The position numbers were made by a program, and so were the translations under genes. A DNA stretch of 61,312 nucleotides, the filler included, from Rhizaria sp. SCN 62-66 (Eukaryota): NCBI GenBank assembly GCA_001724265.1. It is 3 parts of 3 records of this genome, joined end to end, with 100 filler letters (N's around TTAATTAATTAA, not from the genome) between each part and the next. Parts side by side here need not be neighbours in the genome. Positions count along the whole stretch, not along the records: positions 1 to 29,656 come from MEDY01000487.1; positions 29,757 to 45,672 come from MEDY01000493.1; 1 more part is not named here. One strand, written 5' to 3'. Numbering within the stretch: the first letter of the stretch is position 1; each line of letters begins with the position of its first letter. This document shows positions 25,301 to 34,783 of this stretch, piece after piece. The notes beneath the pieces are model-generated. The model saw only the letters and a list, made by a program, of their open reading frames with translations. It made no database searches and was not told the DNA's origin.

Positions 25301-26334
25301 TGCACCACGGCCCCGCTCTCACTGCCAGACTGACCGTGACCGTGGTCTTGAGTGACCGTGAGCGCGGCGGTACTCGGGTCGAACAAGATGCCCAGCGCGG
25401 CCGCGTCGGCCGGGTCCGCCGAGAGCAGGTACCGGCTCACCGCCTCCGCGTCCACCACGCCGTTCGCACCTGTGTTAGTGTTGCCGTTCGCATCTGTCGA
25501 GTTTGCCGTGGCCGCGACGACGGCGGCGACAAGCACTGCGGGCGCGGGCACGGCCACGACGGCGCCCGCCTGCATGCGCACCGCGGCGCCGCGCCAGGCG
25601 CCCACGCGCGCGTGGACGGCGCGCAGCTCGCCCTGCAGCCGCGCCAGGTGCAGCCGCGCAACCGTGAGCTCCACCGTCAGCCGCTGCCGCGCCAGGTGCT
25701 CCGCAGCCACGTCGGGCACGGGCAGGTTGCGCTTCGGTGGCGGGCGCGCGGCCGGGGCCGGCGCGTCGCCGCCTTTGCCCCCACCCGCGCCGCCGCCGCC
25801 GCCGGCCGCGGAGTTGGCGCCGCCCGCACTGGCGCTGGCGCGGCGGAAGGAGCCGCCGGGCGTGGCGGCCGCGGTGGGCGCGGCGCGCGCGTTGCTATTG
25901 CTGCCGACGCCGCCGACGCCGCCGCCCGTGGCTGAGCGGGAGGCCGCCACGGGCGAGGCCGGGGGGAAGCTGCCGCTAGCAGCGTAGCCCGAGCCGGAGC
26001 CGGAGCCAGAGGCCGCGGCCGAGGGCGGCTGCATCGGCAGCGGGGCCTTGGCGAGGTTGGCGGCCGTGGCGCGCGCCGTGGCGGCCTGCGTGGCCTGGTA
26101 CGGCGCGACCATGAGCGCACTGTAGAGCGAGACTTCGAGTCCGGCCGTGACGCGCGCGGCGTCCAGGCACTGTGTCAGCAGGCGGCGCGCGAGGGCACAG
26201 TCGCGAGCGTAGAGCGTGTTGAGCGTGGGGAGCGACAGGGGCCGGCCAGAGGAGGCCGCGGCGACGGCGGCGGCGACGGCGGCGGCGGACACGGCGGGGG
26301 CCAGCGACGCCACATCGCTCAGCGCGGTCTCGCC

Positions 26335-26366
<32 letters not shown>

Positions 26367-27345
26367 TGCTGTAGCTCGTGCTGACGGAGGTGTTATTGTG
26401 CTGCTGTTGGAGAGACGGCAGCAGCGGGAGGGAGAGCGCGTGCGTCAGGGTGGCCAAGTCTGAGGGGGCACTGAGACTGGCATTGGCTGCGGACACGCTC
26501 TTGGTCTTGTTCGAACTCACAACAGCACTAGAGCTGGAGCTGGAGGCCGTGTGCTCGTCAGAGTCAGCGTCGGACTCGGCGTCCGAGTCCGAGTCCGACG
26601 GGACGAGGTCGTCGATGGTCATGGCCACGTTGTCAACGTTGACGCCCTCGCCGGCCTCGCCCGCGCCGGCCCACGCGCGCTCGCGGCGGGCCACGACGGC
26701 GCGCAGCACCGAGAGCACCGCCGCCGCGTGCGCCAGAGTCGTGCCGCGGAGCACTGCGGTGGCCTGCGGCGACTGCGCCTGCGAGCCTTCGGGAGCGAGC
26801 GCAAGAGCGATCGGGGTTGCGGCAGTCGGGGAGACACTCATGGAGCGACTGTGCGCAGCAGAGCTCGAACTCGCGCCCGAGCTCGAGCTTGAATGAGAGT
26901 TGGCTGTCGCAGTGGCAGCCAGACAGAATTCTAGGCGCGATGCCAGTGTGCGGGAGCTGAAGGCAAGGGAGCGCCAGCGGGACAGGCGCGCGCGCTTAGC
27001 AGCGTGGCGCGCGTCCGTCTGCGCGGCGGCCGCAGCGGTGGCGTGGGCGACTGAGAGCGACGAGACGGCGGCGTCGGTGGCGGAGAGAGCAGCCAAGAGC
27101 TCAGCATCACTGAGAGAGGTCAAATCATTGGCGGAAGACGTCAGGAGAGACGCGGGCAGCAACGGCGCATGAAGGCCGAGCTGCACGCGGACATCGGCAG
27201 ACAGCGGGACTGGTGCGGGTGCTGTGGCAGGCGCAGTCACCGTCGCGGAGGCTGTGGACGACAAGGCAGGAGAAGAAGGCGCGACAGTGGGGGCATCCGG
27301 AGGGGACGCGGCTGCCAGGGTCGCGGACGCAGGCGTTGCGCTCAT
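13367..27345 (-). CDS. giant Ala-rich SANT/Myb-domain protein (N-CoR/SMRT/Snt1-like), ~4660 aa, one apparent frameshift near 16760
   Basis: ATG at 27345. SANT domain NPWSEEEKAIFAKRFVKYPKNYAKISTFLPNKTTQECISYYYMSK at ~22130-21990, preceded by a N-CoR-like 'F.NNNG.I.D' segment. Coding signature continues in the overlapping frame 13367..16909. Ends TAA. Confidence 0.75.
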
Positions 27346-28121
27346 GCGGGCAGTAAAATGCGCAAAAATAAATTTATAAGACGGGGTGCACACGCTGTTG
27401 CTGTTGGCACAATTAAAGGGCGCAAGGCGCCGGCTAAATGACAGTGGTGTGGAACGAAAGAGCGAGAGTTGGGTGAGGAAGGACGGTAAGATAGCTAGCG
27501 GGGCATGGTGAATACGAATAGAGATTTAGGCGCGCACGCGATTATAGTTACAACAGAGCTCTATGATACTCAAACAACGTCTCCATTGGGGCCAATTTCG
27601 GTCGCACAGCTACAGGCGGAGTGGACGAAGCAAGATGAGCGAGAGAGCGCGCCCTCGGTGCGCGCAGATTGCAGTATAAGACCTTGCCGTATTCAGGCAG
27701 AGCCTCACTTGAAACATCGGACACAATACGCGCATTGAAATGCAAAGGTAATGTCCTCATCCAATAGAGTCAACGCAGCTTGAGATATCCCTTGTCAAAG
27801 TGCAGTCAAATTCGACACTACAGTCTACCTTTTTCGGTCCACCACAAAGAGGACGAAGAAAACAAGAATTGCTTCGAGCAAAGACCGACTCAAAATCACG
27901 CTCAAAAATCAGCTGGAGCAGGCCGTTGTGGATGGAGTGTTAGGGATGACGACTGGTTTCTCGTAGTATCATTATCTCACAATCCCGCGGGTCCGAGTGC
28001 ATACTTTAACAATGATGGGAGTTGAAAGCACCCATCATCTTCTGTATTATTTTTACATTTCTTCAAATGACTTATCTATCATGTTGCTCATGTTCTTGAC
28101 TTTGACCACAAAACCAGACCA

Positions 28122-29075
28122 ATGTCCGCTCCGCTCGAGACACCCAAGTTCCGCCTGTCCCGCGGCCAGGCCCTCACCCCCGATGAAGTTTCGCTAATGC
28201 AGGCGATGGAGGCCGAGTGTGCCAAGTGCTCCGACGCCTGTGGCACTGATTCCGCCGCCGCTGACATCGAGACTTTGCAGTACCCTCCCAACTTTGACAC
28301 CAAGATTGAGCGCGGCGAGCCGCTCTTCGGCACGTCTAAGGCGCACCGCTGGCACGTCATCATGTGCCTCGGTGTTTCTGCTGCGCGCTGGCCTGCGCAC
28401 CTGGACGAGAACTCCGACTCGTACGCCGCTAAGGCGACCGTCGCGCTGGACAAGGTGCTCACCAAGACTGGCAACGACAAGGCGTTTCTGCACGCCATCA
28501 CGCGCGCGAGCGAGAACGGTGTCGACCCCGAAATCGAGTGCGATATCATCATCTTCCCTGAGGCCGTGATCTACCACGCCGTGCCGCGCGATGACATCGA
28601 GGCACTGCTGACGCAGCACATGGTCACCAACAACGCCGACCCCGCCGCCGCCGCCGCCGCCGCGCCGTCGTTCCCGGCGCCTGTCCCTCTGCCCCGTGGC
28701 ACCTCCTGGGTGTTCATCTGCGGCCACAAGCTGCGCGACAACCGCTGCTGGGTGGCCGCGCAGGTGCTGTCGAAGCAGTTTGCGATGGTGCGCGAGGCGC
28801 TGGGGCTGGACGAGAGCATCGAGATCGACCTTATCTCCCACGTCGGCGGGCACAAGTATGCCGGCAACGTCGTCATCCACCGCCCCACCGACGCCGCCAC
28901 GCTCGTCGCCGCCGCGGACGACGCCGCCGCGGCCAAGGGCGCGCTGCCCGAGGTTACCAGCACAATTTGGTACGGCCGCGTCGGCCCCGAACACGTGCGC
29001 GCGATCGTGGAGAAGACGCTGCTCAAGGGCGAGGTGCTGCTCCCGCTGCTCCGCGGCCGCACCGGCCAGTGGTAA
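28122..29075 (+). CDS. sucrase/ferredoxin-like (Apd1/Aim32-type) thioredoxin-fold [2Fe-2S] protein
   Basis: Motifs C-x8-C (VFICGHKLRDNRC), H-x3-H (ISHVGGHKYAGNVVI) and WYGRVGPEHV..IV..TLLKG typical of the Suc_Fer-like family. Ends TAA. Confidence 0.9.
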   Translation: MSAPLETPKFRLSRGQALTPDEVSLMQAMEAECAKCSDACGTDSAAADIETLQYPPNFDTKIERGEPLFGTSKAHRWHVIMCLGVSAARWPAHLDENSDSYAAKATVALDKVLTKTGNDKAFLHAITRASENGVDPEIECDIIIFPEAVIYHAVPRDDIEALLTQHMVTNNADPAAAAAAAPSFPAPVPLPRGTSWVFICGHKLRDNRCWVAAQVLSKQFAMVREALGLDESIEIDLISHVGGHKYAGNVVIHRPTDAATLVAAADDAAAAKGALPEVTSTIWYGRVGPEHVRAIVEKTLLKGEVLLPLLRGRTGQW

Positions 29076-29656
29076 GGCGTCATAACAAGCGTCTTTAAGC
29101 GCCCTGTGACCAACATAGTGTGAACTGTAGGTAAACCATCCGCACAGCGGCCCTTATGCTCTACCTAAACAAACCAAAAACTCGTGTTTTTTTGATGTTT
29201 TTTTTGTTTTAAATATTCAGCTAGCTAACCAAGCGCCCAACAAAGTGCGGCTGAAGCACTTAGCGCGACCAGTTGTAAATTTATGTTTATATACGAAATG
29301 CTATATGCAGCAAGACCCGACGGATTAAATCAACAGTCTAACTGTGAGCAGTATGAGTGATCATGAGTATGTCTTTTCGCTCTCTTTGTCCGAGATTTTG
29401 AGCAACGTATGTCTTATTATGAAGTGTCATCTTTCAGATTCTGAGATGATTTTTTTTTATTATTGGTACAAGCTTTCATCCATGCAACATGTAGGTACAA
29501 GTAGAGCTAAAGTACATGTCCACAGTAACCACACGTATGTTATACGAACCGAACACGTATAACCCCTATGTAGCGTCAACTAAAAAACGCCAAAAACGCA
29601 GTTTTCGGCAGGTAACTTCCACAATAGAAATCTCTGTGAAATAATCGTCAAAGCTT

Positions 29657-29756
29657 NNNNNNNNNNNNNNNNNNNNNNNNNNNNNNNNNNNNNNNNNNNN
29701 TTAATTAATTAANNNNNNNNNNNNNNNNNNNNNNNNNNNNNNNNNNNNNNNNNNNN
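29657..29756. other. artificial contig linker
   Basis: 44 N + TTAATTAATTAA (stops in all six frames) + 44 N = exactly 100 nt; repeated identically at 45673. Confidence 0.97.
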
Positions 29757-30750
29757 GACCTGAGCTCTGAGGAGTTCAAGAAGATGTACCTCGGTCTCAA
29801 GGTGCCCGCCAGCGCCTACCGCGCCCTCATCGAGGCCAAGGCCGAGGCTGAGAACACCTCTGAGGCCGAGATGGCGTCCCTCATGGAGATCGCTGCCGAT
29901 GTCGAGGCTGAGGCTGAGGCCGAGGTCGAGGGTGTCGACAAGCCCAAGAAGAAGTCAAAGAAGGAGCTCAAGGCTGAGGCCGAGGCTGCTGCCAAGGCTG
30001 CTGCCGAGAAGGCTGCTGCCGAGAAGGCTGCCAAGGAGGCTGCCGATAAGGCCGCCGCCGACAAGGCTGCCGCTGAGAAGGCTGCCGCTGAGAAGGCCAT
30101 TGCTGACGAGAAGGCCAGCTTCGAGTCCTTCAAGGCCATCGACTGGGTTGCTGCCGGCAAGGTTGGCAAGGTCAAGAACCAGGGCGGCTGCGGCAGCTGC
30201 TGGTCCTACGGCACTATGGCGACAAGCCCTCGTTTCCTGCGACACCAACAACTACGCCTGCAACGGTGGCTGGTACACCGCTGCTTACAACTGGGTCATC
30301 AAGAACGGTATCTTCACTGAGGCCAACTGGCCCTATAAGGCCACCAAGGGCACTTGCGACATCGAGACCCGTACCAAGTCCTCCCTAACCATCTCCGGCC
30401 AGAAGTACCGCGCTGGCTCCGACCAGGCGCTTTACGCTGCAGTCACCCAGGGCCCCGCCGCCGTCGCTGTTGACGCTGGCTACCTCCAGTTCTACTCCAC
30501 CGGCCTCTACAGCCACGTCAACTGCACTAACCGCGTCTCCCATGCCGTCGTCCTTGTCGGTGCTGGCAAGCTGTCCGCTGCCGAGGTCACCCGCGGCTCC
30601 AACACCATTGCTGCCGCTGCTGGTGACCGCTACTGGCTTATCCGCAACTCCTGGGGCACGACGTGGGGCGAGAAGGGCTATTTCCGCATGCCGGTGACCG
30701 GAGCCAGCGTTTGCGGCATCCATACCGCGGCCTACAACGCTGTCGTTTAA
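29757..30750 (+). pseudogene. papain-family (C1A, cathepsin L-like) cysteine protease, 5'-truncated, with internal deletion and frameshift at ~30222 (pseudogene or misassembly)
   Basis: End of I29 prodomain DLSSEEFKKMYLG. Mature domain IDWVAAGKVGKVKNQGGCGSCWSY, then +1 frame QALVSCDTNNYACNGGW...HAVVLVG...YWLIRNSWGTTWGEKGYFRM. Catalytic Cys/His/Asn all present. Ends TAA. Confidence 0.8.
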
Positions 30751-31358
30751 GTGCGCATACGTGCGCCTGGCCTCTGTCGCCACCCCTTGTTTTCCGCCAT
30801 ATCTGTCGACACTCCGTATGACGCTAAAACACGCACATTGAGTGTTCGTGTTCTGTCTTTCTCCCGCCTTGTTTCTCGGACTAGATGGGTGCGACTCGAA
30901 TGCGTCCTGTGTGTGCTGTGTTCTACGGCTGTTGTTTGCCTTTATGGGAGGTTGTATACTTTGTGAGCTACGTTTGTGTTGTTATTGTCCTTACTGTCAT
31001 ATGATCGCTCGATTGAACGTCGTTGCTGAGACCTGTCTGTGAGATTTGCTTCAGCGACGTTTGTTTGACACTGTTTGCCACTGCTGTGTCATGTAACATG
31101 TGGACATACGAACGCGTCTGAGAACGCCCAACACGTGATATAATACACCACCTTTAAGATGGACCAATGTAATGTTCATGTTCACATCGAATAATTATAA
31201 TTATCTATTGTATCAAATCGTATTCGAAAAATACATCCTCGTTACCATCGTTACCTGTTAACAATAGAAAATCACACAATTGAAAGAGTCGCGAAGCTGT
31301 AACTAAAGTTAATCACCTTAATGGCCAGCCTGCTGGTTGATGCGCGCATTCGCAATGT

Positions 31359-34124
31359 TCAGAACGTCAGCGAGTACTGGTTGGCAAGCGCTGCGGTGAG
31401 CTGCGGCGGCAGCCCCGCCCAGGCAGGCCCCCAGTTAGCGCCCATGAGTCCCTGGAACGCCTGCAGCACCTGTCCGACGATCTCGGCCAGCTCAGGCACG
31501 GTGTGGGCGGCGTAGAGCACGCGCGCGAGCAGCCCGAAGCAGTCGGTCTGCGCCATGAAGTCCGGCGCGAGCCCAACAACTGCAAAGTAGCCGCGCATGG
31601 GGCCAGTCTTGTCGGGCAGCTGGCCCAGCCAGTAACTCCACTCGGCCACGATGTGGGGCAGCACGGCCAGCACGAGGTCCGGGAACAGTAGCCCAACCCA
31701 GCCGAGCGTCGACGCCGCGGTCATGTGCACCGCGCTGTTACTCTGGTCGCCGTCCTCGTCGTCCGTGGAGCGCGCGAGCAGCCCGCAGAGCCGCGGAATG
31801 GCCTCCTTCTGCAACGCCGCACGGTCGAACACGGCCTCGCCGAAGCGGTTGGCTGCGATGCCCATCACCCAGGCGGCGTTGTTGCTCAGCGCAGTGTTGG
31901 CCGGGTCAAGCGAGATGTTGGTCACGACGCGCGGCATCACCTCGGCCATGAAGCCAGTCATCTCCTCGGCGCCGCAGTGCGTCGCCACGTCGCCCAGCAG
32001 GCCCAGCGCAGAGACACGCACAATCGTCTGCGGGTCGGCCAGCACGGCGCGCACGAGCCCGATGATGTCGGTGCCGGACCACAGTGCGGCCGCGGACGCC
32101 TTGAGTGCGCCCGTGAGCGCCGAGGTCGCGTCGAGCAGCGCGGCGAGGCGGTTCACGTCGTCCATGTCGTCCTGGTCGGCGCTGTAGGCGGATCCCTGGC
32201 CCGCGTAGGCGTTGCGGAGCTCCGTGATGCGCGAGTAGCACTCGCTGAGCGTCTTGACGAGCAGCGGCGCGAGCTGGGGTGCGTAGTCAACGCAATCGCC
32301 GCCGACGACGTTGAGGGCCGTGATGGCGTAGACGCAGACGTCGACGACCGAGTAGTCGTCCGACGGCAGCGCGCGGAAGGCACCCACGACGCTGTTCATG
32401 AGCGCAGGCAGCATCGTGGGGGACGTTGCGTCGGGGCCCACGGCGTCGGCGAGCGAGTTGAGTGCGTCGAACATCAGCGCGCGGTTCTTGGTCTGGTAGA
32501 GGCTGGCGCAGCGGTCCATGACCTCGAGCAGCATTACAGCGTAGGGCGTGACGGCAGGACCTGCGGAGTCGATCAGGGTAGCGAGCAGCGAGCAGGCGGA
32601 GTGCTGAACCATCTTGTTGCCGTCCTGGATGCGGGACACGGCGGCTTCGAGCAAGGGGAAGAAGAGAGTGCCGTCGGCAGCGAGGTAGTTAGAGTAACAC
32701 GACAGGGCCCAGCACGAGGTGGAGCGGACAAGAACCTGCTCATGGCTCATGAGCGAGATGATGTAGGGACCGATCTCGGGCAGCGTGGGGGCTACGTGCG
32801 AGTGGCAGCCGTTGGCAATAGCGCCGAATACGAGCAGCGCGGCCTCGACCACGCGCCAGTCTTGCGAGTGGAGCGCAACCTGGAGCAGCGGTGTCGCCAC
32901 AGTCATCACCTCGAGCGGGAAGATGCCGCCGAGAGAGTCGACGGCGCGGCCACATGCGCGGCGCACAGTCCACATGGCTTCGGCGTCCTCGCCGTTGGTC
33001 TCGTCGTCGTCGTCATCGTCGTCCTCGTTGAGGTCGTCGTCGGCAGCCTGGTTGTAGTGGCGCGGCTTAATATCCTGTGCGTCGTCGGCCTCGAGGGCGT
33101 CGTTGTGCAGCTTGTGGCTCATTTCCATCAGGTCCTCGTCGGAGTATTGCGTGTACTGCACCAGCAGCGGAACGACCTCGTTGAGGTACGGCGCAAAGAG
33201 CCGCTTGCGCATCTCCGCCTCCTCGGGCTCCATGTCGCCGTTCATGATGGCGGTGCAGCCGAGCAGCTGGACCCAGTAGTCGCACGCGCCCACGCGGGTG
33301 CGCTCGTCGTTGTCGTCGGGCGCCATGCAGATGATCATGTAGCGCACGACTTGGTCGATGAATGGCATGATGACCTCGAGGTGCAGCGCCGTGAGCCGGG
33401 ACAGCGCCTGGCAAACGTGGTACTGCGCCTCGGGGTTCTTGAGCTCGTCCGCCAGCGCGAACACGCACATCAGGAACGGCTGCAGGTTGTCGTCGACCGA
33501 CGGCAGCTGAAGGTCAACGAGCAGCAGCAGAGTGCGGAGCGCGAGCACGCGCGTCTGGTGCGTGTGGCCCGCCGCGGTGAGCGCGATGAGCTGCGGGATG
33601 ATGTGTTTCATGGGGCGGCCCAGCGCGTTGGACTCGAGGGTCTCGAGGATGTCGTCGCTATCCTGCGTGCAGCTGATGTCCTCGATCAAGTACCAGAGGT
33701 TCTTCAGCGCGTTGTAGGGCTCGGGGGAACTGAGAAGGTTGTAGAAGTGTTCGAAGATGGGGCCCCAGCCGTTGAGGCGCTCGGCGATGGCGATGCGCGC
33801 AAACACGGGGCCGACGGACGCGACTACGCCCAGCACAGTCGTGAGCTGTGACTTCATGAACGCAAGCGTGTCCGCAGAGACAGTGCAATGCGCGACGTAG
33901 TCCTGAAGCTGCGAGCACGCCTGGAGACGAGACGCGGCGTCGCCGGTCGGGTGTGAAGCAATGATGTAGACGATGTAAAGAGGGTAGTCGGGCAGAGCGC
34001 GGAGCTGCTCGAGCTGCTCAATCACAAGCGCCTGGTTGGCCACACCGCCGCGCACGTCGGCAAAGAGCGAAAGAATGTGCGTAAGGACATCCTGGGACGG
34101 GGTCCACTGAGCAGCCTGGGACAT
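31359..34124 (-). CDS. TNPO1: transportin-1 / karyopherin beta-2
   Basis: 921-aa HEAT-repeat protein with the H8 acidic loop (QDIKPRHY...EDDDDDD...WTVRRAC), plus EAALLVFGAIANGC, LVRSTSCWALS, DGNKMVQHSACS, YQTKNRALMFDALNSLADAVG and NNAAW. Ends TGA. Confidence 0.9.
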   Translation of the reverse strand: MSQAAQWTPSQDVLTHILSLFADVRGGVANQALVIEQLEQLRALPDYPLYIVYIIASHPTGDAASRLQACSQLQDYVAHCTVSADTLAFMKSQLTTVLGVVASVGPVFARIAIAERLNGWGPIFEHFYNLLSSPEPYNALKNLWYLIEDISCTQDSDDILETLESNALGRPMKHIIPQLIALTAAGHTHQTRVLALRTLLLLVDLQLPSVDDNLQPFLMCVFALADELKNPEAQYHVCQALSRLTALHLEVIMPFIDQVVRYMIICMAPDDNDERTRVGACDYWVQLLGCTAIMNGDMEPEEAEMRKRLFAPYLNEVVPLLVQYTQYSDEDLMEMSHKLHNDALEADDAQDIKPRHYNQAADDDLNEDDDDDDDETNGEDAEAMWTVRRACGRAVDSLGGIFPLEVMTVATPLLQVALHSQDWRVVEAALLVFGAIANGCHSHVAPTLPEIGPYIISLMSHEQVLVRSTSCWALSCYSNYLAADGTLFFPLLEAAVSRIQDGNKMVQHSACSLLATLIDSAGPAVTPYAVMLLEVMDRCASLYQTKNRALMFDALNSLADAVGPDATSPTMLPALMNSVVGAFRALPSDDYSVVDVCVYAITALNVVGGDCVDYAPQLAPLLVKTLSECYSRITELRNAYAGQGSAYSADQDDMDDVNRLAALLDATSALTGALKASAAALWSGTDIIGLVRAVLADPQTIVRVSALGLLGDVATHCGAEEMTGFMAEVMPRVVTNISLDPANTALSNNAAWVMGIAANRFGEAVFDRAALQKEAIPRLCGLLARSTDDEDGDQSNSAVHMTAASTLGWVGLLFPDLVLAVLPHIVAEWSYWLGQLPDKTGPMRGYFAVVGLAPDFMAQTDCFGLLARVLYAAHTVPELAEIVGQVLQAFQGLMGANWGPAWAGLPPQLTAALANQYSLTF

Positions 34125-34783
34125 TCCGAGAGCTGGGAAGCGCGGAGATAGCGCGGCGCTGCGGCGATGAGGTGTCGGTAGAACAAAGGCGTGCGGAAGG
34201 ACGTATTGTTGTCCTGAAGAGACCTATACTCAGAGGTTCAAAAATTTATAAGCATGACGTATGAGAAAAACGATGTGCTAGTTCGTAAATTTGAGAATAG
34301 GCTGCGATAGGCAGCGCTAATGATGGATGAAATGAACAGAGTTGCGAGGACGAAGCCGCGTGCGGAGATTGCCGACAGTTTGTGGTAGTGTCAAGGCATC
34401 AACATGTTATTAGTTATTCCACGTTGTATACTCAAACAAATACACTAATCAATGTGTTACAGAACAAAATCCGGTCAGATGGATGCACATCTGACTCGCG
34501 CAAGTAGATGTTGCGGACTGGCTGTGCTGTGTTGTGACACGATGCTGTGGGCCGAAAAAATGTTATGTGGTGAGCCTCCAAAAACGATATCATACACCAT
34601 TGTTTGATCGTCAATCTTGATATAAGCACCACTTCTTACTTGTGCTTGTACTCACAATTTTGAACCTCTTATCACATCTTTTGTACTTCTGTCCAGCCTC
34701 CGCAAGAGACCATCTTACACAACGACGACCTCAGTCGTCAGTTTCTCTCATCCACCTCGCTTTGGTTCACGCCCAGTCTTACA

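Noticed and set aside
29701-29712. Palindromic TTAATTAATTAA as a biological element (also at 45717-45728)
   Set aside because: Centred in identical 44-N flanks and gives stops in all six frames, so it is a pipeline linker. Synteny across it has no meaning.
31725-33851. Long antisense and alternate-frame ORFs (e.g. 31725..33851 +, 7918..9636 +, 21169..22590 +, 46338..47582 +)
   Set aside because: Shadows of GC-rich coding sequence on the other strand or frame; Arg/Gly-rich translations with no motifs.
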